DNA of 64,000 nucleotides from Tubiluchus corallicola (lineage: Eukaryota > Animalia > Priapulida), in contig JAQGDQ010000042.1 of assembly GCA_030141605.1 (NCBI GenBank), positions 124,001 through 188,000 of the forward strand, written 5' to 3'. Numbering within the stretch: the first letter of the stretch is position 1; every line of letters starts with the position of its first letter. The translations under genes were made by a program, and so were the position numbers. Shown piece after piece: positions 1-12,700 of the stretch. A model generated the notes under the pieces. The model had not been told where the DNA came from. It saw nothing but the letters and a program-made list of their open reading frames with translations, and did not search any database.

Positions 1-205
1 TTACATACAGTCATATACAAACAGGTTACTTAGCCTGGTAAACATTCATTTTCTTATGATGTCCTTTCTCGGTCGTGAAAGGAGTGTACCAATCTATACC
101 GGCGTTGTTCTCTTGTTTTTATTTGTGGCTGGATGGCTGACAGAAAGCTGTAGTTTGCTGTACAGTACTTTCTAGCAGGCGGCTTATAACAATAATTTAT
201 TTACT

Positions 206-3200
206 ATGAGGTTTAATGAATTTATGCATCCGCGGAATATCTATAAAGATAATCCCCCGGATTTTAAACAGCTGTCAATCCAAGATCCACAGTTTCGGCA
301 ATTTTGTTTGTTAGACACAGCGGGAAACGTGACCATCAATTTCAAAGATCCTGAGTCACTCAAAGCATTGTCATGCACGTTGCTAAAACAAGATTTTCAA
401 CTTGAGATTGAAATTCCAAGTGATAGGTTAATTCCAACGGTACCTGGCAGATTAAACTACATTTTATGGTTAGAGGATATATTAGAAAAAGATGTTGGGG
501 AAAGCACAAACGGCGTCGATGTAGGTAATTGGTGTTAACACAGCACAAGCTGTTAATAAAATCGTTTGGTTAAATAGTCTAAGCGGTTATTGAAAAGTTG
601 GCCTTAAACTAATGAGTAAGGAAAATAACGGCTTTGGCGAAATAACCAAGGCTCACAGTTAATCTGTGACAAATTTTTTTGGGGTCCAGGTTGCCCTCGG
701 GTGACCCGCCTACTTTTGCGGGATGCCCTTGTTGTAGCGATCTGCCCTATTTTATTATCTAAAAGTATTTTGTATTGAGGTATTTGTTAAAGTATAATGC
801 CTAAAAGAAAGTGCTGTGGAAATTTATTGTACAACAGTGACAATTCTAGTTTGCAGATTTATACTGTCACAAATGATATCAACTGGACAGAAATTTTGAA
901 CTATCTAGTCTTAATTAGTCTCATACCACTATGAATATACTGTACATTTTTTTAAAATGTTGTAGGTTGTGGTGCATCATGTATCTACCCACTGCTGGGT
1001 GCAAAACAGAATGGCTGGCACTTCACAGCCACTGAACTGGATTCTGTTTCATATGACTGTGCTGTCAGTAATGTCACAAAGAACAAGTTAGACAATTATA
1101 TAATAGGTAGGTGTTTCACTTCAACTTTAACTTTAATTTAAGGTTTGAAAAGATTTTTCAGTGGACAATTCATTTCAATTTATTGCTCAAATACATATAA
1201 CGTACATTGGCAAAATGCAATACAGTACGTACATGTCAAATAGTGCATACGTATAAAGTTAATTTATATAAGCTTTGTGCAAAAGATTATTTTCAGTGAT
1301 AGTAATAGTAGTAATTAACATTTTTGGTATAATTTGTGTTAACATGGATAAGTTAGCTAACTAATTAAAAAGCACTGATACAAAATCACAATTAAATGTT
1401 GTATTTTTCAGCAATGAAAGAAAAGGAAAAAATGATTGAATAGTATTTGTTTCAGCTATTTGAGTAAAGGTTTATAAGGAATGAATAATGAATAAGTTAT
1501 AAAAGAATTATGATCAAAGATATTATATTAGTAGGCACATAGTTAACGTGAGTAACTGTCACACAGACGTTGCATTTACATTTTGGTCAGTTCTTCAGCA
1601 ACCAAAAACTAACCAAAATACAAGCCAAATCTAGCACAGGACCTGGCATGAGTTAGACGTCTTCGCAGCAAAAATGTCAACTCGGCACTCGGAACGTCAC
1701 ATAATGCCTTGCTATGTGCTACAACTTATGTGGACATTAATGTAATTAGCACGTACATAATTAAACCAACCCAGTGAGTATTTTTTGGTTGTAGAGACAT
1801 CTGACGTCTGCCATTCGATTCTGTCGTAGGATTTTAGTTGTGTGTTAAAATTTTTACAGTGTTAAGATTCCGAAATTGTGACAACATTGAATCCTAAAGT
1901 TGGTGATAGATCTAACAGTGCGCAAAGCAGCCTAAATTGGTAATAGATTGGTGTGAAAAAATTTGTGATCTTTAACATAAAAAATGTTGAAAGCTCTATA
2001 GTCTTGCACTGATTATTTATTTATTTCAGAAGTTTTCACCCTAATGGGCCTCATCAGCTGAATAGACTGCACTGCTAAGTCTCAGTATCAATTTATTATC
2101 GCTCTCACGTTAGCAGTGCAGTCTTTTCAGCTGATAAGGCCCGTTAGGGCGAAAGCTTCTGAAATAAATTAATTATCATTGTGAAACTATAAAGGGCATT
2201 CAACATTTTTTATGTTAAAGATGACAAGTCTCAGGAGAGCTCTCTCATATTTTAAATTTGTAATCTGTTGGACTTTGTCATTGTGAAACACAGAGACTTG
2301 AAAAACGTCATGCTTCTGTGTTGTCACAGTATTGTTCTTCTTAGATGTCTGAAACAGGTTGACTAGACGTTAGAAGTAAACCTTAATCGTGATTAAATAC
2401 CTGTGCATATTTTACTATTTCGGTTAACTGAACATTCATTTGTAGTAACTTTATTATAAGATATCAATTTTCAACTATCAATAAAGAGAAAAATGTAGTT
2501 TTCTAATTTCCATATTTCAGTGTTGAAGGCCAATTCTGCTGAAGATATATTACTTGGAGTGTTGCCGCCCGATGGTTTTTATGATTTTTGTATGTGCAAT
2601 CCACCATTTTACAGCTTCAGTGAAACCAGAGAGGTACTGTCAATAGTAAATGTCAAACACTTTAAAATTTACAGTGTTAATTTAAAGTTAACTAAATTAA
2701 AATCCACAGTGGTGCTTGATTGCTCTATCCTAAGAGAATTTTTGAATAAGACTATTTATAAAGATTATGAAATTGATATAATGGTGCTTAGTTGTTGAAC
2801 TGCAGTAGAATATTTGGTATTATCGCTGCTTACAGCCACAATTAGTTAAGTAATTATTGATATTAGAATAACTAATTGTTTGGAGTTTAGAGTTGATTTA
2901 ATTGGAGTTAAGTGAGTGGCCGTTTCATTTAATTACTTAACTGAACATGCTGACCTACAATACTTTTCATTCATTTTTACGACAGACTTCAAAAGGCTCT
3001 GCTTCCTCAGCTGGAATAACATGTGAAACAATAACAGAAGGGGGTGAAGTTGCCTTTGTCAAAAAAATCATTGCCGATAGTTTAGCTCTAAAAGAGAAAA
3101 TTCGGTATGTATTTTACGGTATTTGAATAGTGTTTATGTTCAGTGCACTATGCTTTATTTGTTTAGTGTACATTGTGCAACTTACTATTTGTTCCTGGCA

Positions 3201-6200
3201 CAGTGTGCCATAATTTGGTGCCCAGTTCCCATATATTAGTTTAATTGCTTTAAATATGTGTTCAGCTTTCAGTATTTACAAAATAGTCTGCAATGTCATT
3301 CACTTCCTTGACAGGATTGTTATTTATGTAATTTTAATCACATGTTTGATTATTGTTGGATATGTTGGACATTACTGTTGGAAACAGTTACGCTTCTCTA
3401 GCATAACTGTTAAACTTTAAACTGTAAAAACAAATGTTGTTTTCTAGAAGTGCTCAATGCTGTTTAAATACATTTGCCACAGTACCAATTTTTTTGTAAG
3501 TGCTTGTGTGCTTAGAACTTGTATTTGACTCTGTCATTCTTCTGCTTTTTGTAAGTCGTCTGAGAGGCCATTTTGCCTCATATGTATTGGTGATTTTTCA
3601 AGATTTCCAAACTTAAAACACTTTGCAATCTACTTTGTTAGGATTTACACATCAATGGTAGGCAAGAAAGAAAGTTTGAAAGAAATCAAACGTGAGCTGA
3701 ACCAGCACGGTATTTCCTGGATTACAACAGAATTTTGTCAAGGGAAAACTCTGCGCTGGGCAATTGCTTGGAGCTTCTGTAAAGACTTGCATAAAGTGAA
3801 GGTAATTATTTTATATATTTTTTACTTTATTCAATGCGGAGAAGAATCTGCACACATTTTTGTATAGGTAGTTTCTAACAATGTTAAAGTATGGATTTAA
3901 GTATAAATTTACATTTGTGGGATTAAGTAACATTGTTTCACTGACAAATGCAAAGTTGTTGCAAGACAGATTCAGATCTCACTGAGGTTTTACCTTGCAA
4001 TATCACTAAGTCATAGGTTATTATCATTAAAAAAATTTAGTTTATCACATAGTTTGTAAATTAAAGGAAAACCAGACCCAATCTTAAACAATAGCTCAAA
4101 ACAATGTATTCCATAAAATATTGAAAGGGAGTATACATTGATTCAAGAATGACTTACATGAAAGAATTATTGCCACAAAAACGTAATTTCGAGTTTGCGC
4201 GGTTAGTTCTTTGAGCTTATATGCATTTCGCCATTTGCTAGTTAGACCGGCGCTACTGCCTGCATTTTGGAAATGCTTTGCAGAAAAAACAGGTGCTGTA
4301 CTTCTCAGTTCAGAAGTGTTTGGTTGTGACGTAGAACACGCATCCGAGAGCTCATGCGTGAACACAGCAGTAAACTTGAAATTTGTATTTTAAAATCAAA
4401 ATTTGTCGGGTTTTTGTTTAACGCACTGAATGTTGTACAATAGCACTGTACTTCAATTTTTTCTTTTGCAAACAAGTGCAACCTACTCATGGAATGTTTG
4501 TGCTGTTGAAAATTGTGTTCATTTCTGCTGACGGTACTAGTTCAGCTCCTCGGTCATTAATTAAGTTTTTAGCCTATTATTCAATTATTAGAGGCGCCTT
4601 GGCATTATTATAGGTGCTAAAATGTAAACTTTTTACCGTACATGGTATGAAATATTTTGTTTTTCTTTAATTAATTAGCTGTCAATTCTGCTTTCTCCAT
4701 ATGGTACATAGCTAAGATGGTTAGAGTTGATGTGAGTAATCCACTTATCTCGAGTTGGAGTTTCAGTGTATTCAAGTTTTAGTATAGATCACGTGTTTTT
4801 GCACCAAAAAAGGCTAGTTGTTCTTTAATACATTCTGTAATTGTGTATAAATGCTGGCTAATTGCAGATAAAACATCTGTTTTTTTATTGTAATAATTAA
4901 ATCTTTAATTTGTAATTTGCAATAATTAAATTTTGTTTTTCATTGTCAGACATTGCAGTCATCCAGAAAACAGCAAATGAAAGATCTTAAACTAAAACGG
5001 AAACCACCTATGGCATTTATTGTTCCTGAGAATGCAATAATTGATGGTGATTTTGGTCTAGATGCCATTGTATGTAAGCTAAAGCAAATCCTGCAACCGC
5101 TAAAGGTACTACTAATTACAACAAGAAACGGGATATTAAGCCTAATTTATAATAGATCTTTTACCACAATCCAGTGTCATCTACAATAAACAGACTTAAA
5201 TGCAAAATTCCATAATTCATATTTGGAATTTTTTTCTGTCATAAATAAAGTAAGCTAAGGAGTTAAATTTGATATGTTCTGCAGCATTTTGTGGTATAGT
5301 ATGACACTGTTTATTAGACTCACAGTTAATAGAATCAGTTCTAAAATTCATTTAAAGCCTTTGCACTTCATGCTAGGCTGAGGAATGTTGACTCATACTT
5401 CTATAGTGGTAATTTAATGCTACACCTATCGGATAATAGATTCAGTCAGTTAATTGTGTCAAAACATTTTGATCCCAGTGTCTATTAAGTGGCACCTATT
5501 GTATAATATAATTAAGCAATAATTGTAAAATGAAGTGCCAGAGTATGTAAGAATTGTAAAAATGAACAAGAAATATTATGGAAAATTGTTATGATATTGT
5601 GAAGACAAGAAAAAATGCAATGCACACATTTTTGCTATCGTATTCTTCTCTATTTATACTACAGTATAATCCGCTTATATTGATTTTCAAGGGACTGTCA
5701 GAATATACTCGCTATAGCTGAGTCTCGTTAAAGCCGAGGTCAATTGTTTAAGTATATGTGCTATTTATAAATGAGGCCTAGAAGGCCGATATGATATAAA
5801 AATGACAGAGCACTTTTTTGGGATTGGCAGTGAATTTTTTAATGAATGCTTCTTCAGCAACTATTTTATTACGAAAGAGTAAACTTATAATGTTCAAACT
5901 CCATTTTTTCGATTATTAAGGCAGTGTTTTATGCAATAAATTCCTGTCTAAAAATGCCGTGCAAGTTGTTTTTCCAAACCACCGCTATTATTCATTGCGA
6001 CGGCTGCTGATGGTCGAGTATTTTGAATGCCTGAGCAAGGCCCTGCATGTCTGCGTGGCTGGAAAGCATGCCTGACTTTTATTTAAATAGCTATAGAGGC
6101 TTAGTACAGCTGATTATGAGCATTTCATCATGGGCTGAAACATAGCCGAAAAATTCTCTCGTAATAAGCAAAGTCTGTTAATATTGGAGCTCCCTGTAAT

Positions 6201-7168
6201 CAAGGTTTAACTTCATTATTTAAGCCTAAGAGTTGGCGGGTCTTTGAAATTTTCTTGTTATATCCAAATGCCTCATTATAAGTGGCTTATACTGTATATG
6301 TAGTTGCTGTTTTATTCAATTTGAAACACTGCAAGCTGGAATGCATGCAATGGCTGGTCCCATTCAAGCTCGGTTGTCATGACGAGATTAGGATGTGATT
6401 CATTATCAAGGTTATGCCTCTAAAATGAGCCGCTGAGCTGGAAAAGTAGCTTCACCTTGTTTGAACAAAAGTACAACCTCAGTTTTTCTCTAGGCTAAAC
6501 ATGATGCCTTTACCATTCAGCTATGCTGCTGAGCTTTACCTGTTGCAACTGTAATAATTTGTTTCTTGCAGTTGTCATTCTTGAGCTGTAATACGGAGAA
6601 CACATGGGTAGTAGCAGCTCATCAGAACACTTGGACACATGCACGAAAGAGGCGCAGAGCAGCTCAGCGGAAAGCAAACAAAATGGTAAAGCTAGATTCA
6701 GAGATGGAGAAGCCAGACATCATGAAGTGTGAAAAAACAAATACAGAGTTAGATGCGGGAAAACAGGATGTCGGTAAATGTGCTTCAGCAGAATTAAAAG
6801 ATACATCAAAGCTACAGACATTAGAAGAATTAAATAAAAACGAAGAGAAAGACATACAGACTAGTCCGGTGATAATGAAGCATGATGGTGTTGGTGCACT
6901 TGATAAGAAATCTGTTACTTTAAGTGGTAAAAGTGAGACTAGTGAAACCTCAAAAGAAGATAATGGTAAAGACGTAGATAATCAAGAAAAGTTCAACACG
7001 GTTAACAAGTTATTTTCGTGCATGTTGTCCGTACATCAAGAAAACTCAAGTATATTGATCAATATGAAATGGCAAAATGGAGATAAGAATGCAATGCATG
7101 ATTTGTTTCAGTACATAAAGAACAAGTTCCTAATACCGTCTTGTGCTGCTCATTTGGATAAAACGTGA
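206..7168 (+). CDS. METTL16: METTL16 U6 snRNA/MAT2A m6A methyltransferase, ~534 aa; exons 206-524, 966-1106, 2521-2633, 2986-3104, 3642-3801, 4950-5105, 6572-7168
   Basis: GT-AG exon chain stays in frame (1605 nt). Motifs: MHPRNIYKD-PPDF, RLIPTVPGRLNYI, DVGCGASCIYPLLG (SAM binding), CMCNPPF (catalytic), EGGEVAFV, YTSMVGKK, TEFCQGKTLRWAIAWSF, plus VCR-like NTWTHARKRRR and LFSCML...MKWQNGDKNAMHDLFQYIKN. Exon 6 has an alternative in-frame acceptor at 4959. Confidence 0.95.
599..747 (+). ncRNA. RNU12: U12 minor-spliceosomal snRNA, nested in METTL16 intron 1
   Basis: 5' end GCCTTAAACTAATGAGTAAGGAAAATAACG matches the recalled U12 5' end (human AUGCCUUAAACUUAUGAGUAAGGAAAAUAACG), including the branch-site-pairing GAGUAAGGA. 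Sm-type site AAATTTTTTTGG at 671-682. 3' stem-loop GGTTGCCCTCGGGTGACCCGCCTACTTTTGCGGGATGCC...GCGATCTGCCC contains the CUACUUU 65K-binding loop. Length ~150 nt as expected. Confidence 0.93.
1964..2226. mobile_element. Palindromic element (two ~115-bp inverted arms) with a minimal hammerhead ribozyme motif in each arm; probable Penelope-like pLTR relic
   Basis: TGTGATCTTTAACATAAAAAATGTTGAA...GCACTGCTAA is mirrored by TTAGCAGTGC...TTCAACATTTTTTATGTTAAAGATGACA. Arms read outward TTCAG-CTGAT(G/A)A-G-GCCC-RTTA-GGGY-GAAA-RCTT-CTGAAATAAA. Confidence 0.7.
5662..6294. mobile_element. pogo/Tigger-type MITE in METTL16 intron 6
   Basis: TIRs CAGTATAATCCGCTTATA / TATAAGTGGCTTATACTG, flanked by TA on both sides. 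Confidence 0.75.
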
Positions 7169-7481
7169 AATATGAAAACATGGATCGTACAAAATCGTAC
7201 AAAGAAAACAAGACTTCACTAAAAGTACATAACCGTAAACTGATTCTTGACTAGAAAGCAGGCAAAGTGTAGAATTTTTAGGAGTGAGGGGCAGCTAAGT
7301 AGTTTGAGATGCAGTGTGAGTGAAGCAGTGTTGGATCCGACTGGTAGATGGATAGGTGACTGCCAGGAAATTGCTACTTGAAATTAAGCTTCATCTGCTA
7401 TACTGGGCCCTGTCGTTTATTTTATTGAGAGAATTGTATATGCATCTTAATGTGGTTAAGATATTTTTTCTAGTTAATTGC

Positions 7482-8030
7482 TAGGCTTATAACGATATAC
7501 CTAGGCCATGATACGATACAGTATGTATCATGATACACCTGAGTTAATGTTTGAAGGCTTTATAAAACAACTAGATGAAATTGTTGATACTAAATGCTAA
7601 GTATATTTATTCATCGACAGTTTTAGGATTGCTAAATGTTGAAATGATTCAATTAACTGTTTGATTTTTATATATTACTTGTGTAATGTGTAGGTTGTTG
7701 TTTGCATTGTAAGCCACCAAAAACAAAACTTATCAATACTTTAGGCTTGAAACTTGCTTGTGCATTTTCTAGCTTGCCTGGTACAGATTACAAACATCTT
7801 GCATTTTCAACCACTTTGACTGCTTGCAGAACCTGTGTCAAATCAACTACTTTTCAATGCACTGCTTCAGTCTGATTGGTATATATATATCTACAGTACA
7901 CTCTACAACTCTACTAATTTGCTAAATATCACTGAGTAAGATTATCATGATAGTGGCACTTTGGTGATATGCTTATCATAATAAAAGATATCATGGTGCA
8001 TCAATACATCAATGTATCATTGCAGACCTA
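7482..8030. mobile_element. hAT-type MITE downstream of the METTL16 stop
   Basis: TAGG...CCTA termini with GATAC/GTATC-rich subterminal repeats; 8-bp TSD TTAATTGC / TCAATTGC. Confidence 0.65.
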
Positions 8031-8812
8031 TCAATTGCCTCATCTTCAAAATTATCACTGATAATAAGATGGATTCCGGTTTCTCCACAACCATTGAGCA
8101 TTAGTAGTAAGTCTTGCCATCAAATGTGCTCTTCTGCCTTGCTAAACTGCATAATTTATAATTTCCAACTGTTGGTTACAAGATTCTATGCAATTGCACA
8201 ATGAATTTTATATATACCTGCTATCAATACCCATGGAACCCGTTTTTTGTAGAAAAGCTGCAACATATATTAATCTAGATATTTCACACTTTGTCAGCAA
8301 GTGTTTTAACAAAAATTTCATGATAATTATATGCTCAAGGATTTTATAAAGCGTGCTTAAAATATAAAAAAGTTGTTTATTTTGAAAATAGTATTAACTA
8401 GATTGACTGTATTGTTTGCGTACTCGTATCTAGACTAGTTATTCACTGATTGTGCAACTATATCAATTCAAAATGACGTGTGTGCACTATATATATATGG
8501 TATATATAATGACATTTTGATTTCTAAAGAAGGAAAAATGTTTGCACAAAGATCATTTGTGTCAATAATTATTTTCGTGAAACTGAATGATAATATTAGA
8601 TTTAAATGGATTAGTGTGTTTGGCATAGATGAGTAAATGGCATCTCTTACTGTTTGTAAGTATTATCAGAAAGACTGAAATGCTGACATTACTTTATGAA
8701 AAATCGTTTGTATAAATCTGTACATATATTGTTGTTGAGTGAAAAAAGATTGTTTATCTAATAAGTTGTTTGTTTTTTTTGATACGTGGTAGCGCCACAA
8801 TACAGTGTGTAC

Positions 8813-8826
8813 GTTGTTATGGGAAC
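8813..8826 (+). promoter_or_regulatory. RFX X-box upstream of the ODAD1-family gene
   Basis: GTTGTTATGGGAAC matches the X-box consensus RTHNYY-WT-RRNRAC. Forkhead-like TGTTTGT at 8767-8773. Probable 5'-UTR exon donor AG|GTATGT at 8945/8946 and acceptor TTGCAG ending at 9752. Confidence 0.6.
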
Positions 8827-9787
8827 ACCACCTCTGTTTTCTGTTCTCGTTTAATTGCGGTCCCAATGATTGTAGCAAAAGTTTGAGTGGAATGAGTTCT
8901 GTTCCAATTTCAGTGCAATTATTATTAAATGTGGAGATATTATAGGTATGTAATAAGTTTTTAGGAAATTATGAGGTGATTTGTTTAAGCAGGTTTAATT
9001 GGTTTTTGGTCAGCTTTCTTAGTTAGCATAATGTTTAATGAATCCAAACGTATCTGACTAGCTGACAGTGAGTCGGTGACATGGTGTGGGTCATAACAAA
9101 ATAAAAATAAAAGGATTAAATATTTCGGGTTAAACTATGGCAGTGTGTAAGAAAAAAAATATGGTGACGCTGATCAAGCCGATTCTTTGCTACGATTTGG
9201 CCACGTAGGAGTATGCGTGTTATGGTTTAACCTAGTAAAATCTGCCGTTTATTAAATCAAGCTTTGCTTTATAAATATACCTTGCACACTTTATGAAGAC
9301 AACAAAATTGTGACGTAAGACCACACAATTGTTCCGCATTTTAACTTGAGCTAAATCTAAGCATGTTTTATACGCTTGCATTTTTCCACTTAATTCTTTG
9401 TCTTTAGCGGTCTAATTTATGTGTTACAATGCAGACGCATCAGTCAAACACAAGGTTAGATATCACCTTGAAGGAGAGATTTAAATTGGTTAAACTAGCA
9501 TTCTACTTCTTGCTGATAAACCTTTTTGGCAATGACTCAAACAAATGAATGCTGAATCGTAGCTCAATATTAAAGTAACATTTGTTGATTTTACAATAGA
9601 TACAATGCGCATTATAATAACATAGAAAGTACTCCTTAGCAGGACTAGTCAATTTGTAAATCCAGCGGCTTAGCAAATCCACTTAGTTTAGCTTAGTGTC
9701 ACAGTGATTTTATGAAGATAAGTGTACTGTATTGCTCACATTTTTGTTGCAGAAATATTTATTTAGAGTAAACAATCATAAATCACC

Positions 9788-12700
9788 ATGGCATTGCAGC
9801 GGCAATTGAGTAGAAGATTTAGTGTTAGTGAAGATGATGTGGAAGTTGATGAGACAAAAATCCTTCAAAATGAACATGCTCGTCTTCAGCGTCAGTTTCG
9901 AACTATGGAAGGGGATAAAAAAGCTTACATGGATCAATCGCAAAAAACAATACGCAAACAAAAGTGAGTAAGCCTACAATTCTAGCCCTAATGTAAATAG
10001 ATATAATAATTTGGTAGTAATTGCCACTGGCTTACTTTTAGGTCTGATAAGTTAAAGTGCCTCTTTGGTGTACATACCCTTTTGAGCATACATGCCCAAA
10101 ACACAGAAGGTCTTGGGTGAGAGGATTTTCGGACTCTAATTTAGTGTTGTTTTTGTACGTTTATATGATCACATATTAATTGGTTGTTGTGGTACATCAA
10201 GAGTGTTGAATGCTAAAGTTCTGAAAAGTTGATTATTCTTGTTCCGTGTTATACTAATCCTAGGTAGAGTCAGGGCCTGGTTATCCTATAGGATGTTGTG
10301 TTGACATGTGTCAACGTTGTGTTGACATGTGCTAATTTGGTTTGCAATAAATAGAAAAAAGTGGCACTTCTTAAAAAGAATTTTTACTGACAATCAAAAG
10401 ATAGTTATTCCAGTTTATTTAAAGAATTTTCAATAAGTTCACTTCAAACTACATAAATGTCGCTAAAATATATTGCGAGTAAAAATGTTCAAGACGGGTG
10501 CAGGTGAGTTAAAGGGTGGCACCATCTGAAGCGGCTCATAATTTCATTAGCCTGGGGCCCAAGAGGTCATAATGTTGCCCTGGGTAATGTATAGTTTATT
10601 TTTCTTATTCTTGAGCTTAAAGACGTATTACAAACCATTACAAACTATTTGTGGAATTGTACAATACAGTAATCATTTGATAAGTGTTTGATTTGAATTT
10701 ATTTATTTATTTTTATTATTGCACCATCTTTTTGCTTTTTGTAGAGAAGTCATATATCAGTTGGAAAAAGAGAAAAATGAGCATCTGACTAATCTCAGGG
10801 TTGCAAAAAGTGAACAAAAAGCTACAGGTGATATCCAGAAGACACAAAAGCTTGTCAATTTAATGCAAAGCCATGATTTCTATCTGGAAGAGATGAGCCA
10901 GGCGAAACAGGCCATTTATAATATCGACCAAGAGGTACAGCGTGTTTCAGAAAAAATAGTGTTGTAGAAATATGTTGACATACTCTGATCAAAATCTCTA
11001 CGAAATTTATGTAAACAGGAGCAACACTGCATGTTATGAAATAATTCTCAAGTTCATCAGGTTGAATGCTTCCATTATGCTGCATAACACATGTTATCTA
11101 GTCTTAAACGAACAAAGACGTTTGTACTATGACATCATAATGACATAAAAATAATTATACTTCAGTAACTCCAAATTTTCTACCAGATAACTTGTTTATG
11201 TACAATCCAGTATGCACTTATCAGCATGCATCTGTTGCGTTATTTTTTCTGTAACATCCCTATACTTGATTTGCACGATAGTAGTTACATTCTTAATGAT
11301 TTTTCAATAATTCTACTCTTGTTCTAATTTGTTTATAAGGACAAAACCTGTAACTGAAATATTTAAAGTGGTACAAACTAGTTTGACCTATATTATTGAT
11401 CTGAATTTGTTGTAATTTTAAAATACTCTGTGTATGGCAGAGCAATTTACTACCGTGATATACTAGAGTAGTATTTGGAATTTTTTGCAAATAATTGTGC
11501 ATTAAAATTTTTTAGAAATTTTGTCATATCTTTGCGAAAAGCAAACTGTACATTTCGCAATAGTTCAGACTTAACTTAATGCCCCAGAAGTTCTATCCAT
11601 ACATTATGCTTTAAATTTCTGTTTTTTAAATCAAATATTGCTTAACAGATTTGCATTTGTTGAGCTTCCTAAACTAAGAAACTTTTTATTTGCAGATCAG
11701 GGAAATGGAAAAGAAAGTTAAGGAGCAGAGACGGGAGTTAGCTGGAGTCTTTGAATCACAGTCGAAGCATTTCCACGTCATGAAGAAGATCCGTATTTTG
11801 GAAAACAGACTGAATGTTGTAAGAGTTACTGCAGTAGTAAAATATCTGCAATACATTATCATTCTGCCAGTGTGCATTAGATTTTTCACTGTTTTTTTTC
11901 ATTGAAATGACTAAATGAACCTGACGCTTTTGCAAATGTTCTTTTTTTGCATCTTAGTGTTAACATATTTGACCAACAGTGTATTAATATACCTATTAAG
12001 ATAAGTAATTGCTCATCATTTGTTACAAAATTGGTCTGAAACATGTATAACATTTAGTTTTTGTTCCTGTGTTGGTGATAAATATCTTGTAATTATTTTA
12101 AACTAACGTTGAAGTATTGCTATGTTACCTAGGTTAATAATGAGTTGATATTTGTTCTATTAAGCAAAAATAAGTGGTCTTTTGATCTCTTGTATTTTTC
12201 TGTGCAATGCACATTAATTGTGGGACATTTTCATAATCGATTAATCTGATACGAAATCGATCGTCTAATCGGTTTTTATCAATAAGTACTAACAATTACT
12301 AGAAAGTAGTTGCACATAAAAACCTATTGTTCGTGATTAGGAGAAATCTATAGTGCCATATTACTTGATTTTGCTGCAGTGATGGCTATATTTGTTGTGC
12401 TATTTTTGTCGACTTTTCAGAAAATGAGATGAAAGTAGTGTTAGTGATACAATCGAGTTACATAGCTAAAAAAATAATCTGAAATAAAAGCCCAAATTGA
12501 TTAGAGTGATTAATTGGTTCCCACAACTGATGTATGTAATGCATATTTAAATTGAATCAAATTTTGCGAAATATGTCTCATTTATGTGTTATCTTTCTTG
12601 TGCAGGCTTCTTTAAACTTCAACAAGATGCTCACTGTCAATGCGGAGTTAAGAACAAAATTAGATCACCTATTATTTGAAAGAGGAAGTTTTGACACCAG

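Noticed and set aside
40-180. Hairpin TCCTTTC/GAAAGGA and Sm-like ATTTGTGG upstream of METTL16 as another snRNA
   Set aside because: No extended match to recalled U1, U11, U4atac or U6atac; probably promoter/5' UTR.
6376-6440. Possible C/D snoRNA (ATGACGA...AATGAGCCG-CTGA) in METTL16 intron 6
   Set aside because: Imperfect C box, no terminal stem, and only ~8-9 nt complementarity to 18S in a register that does not fit the known site.
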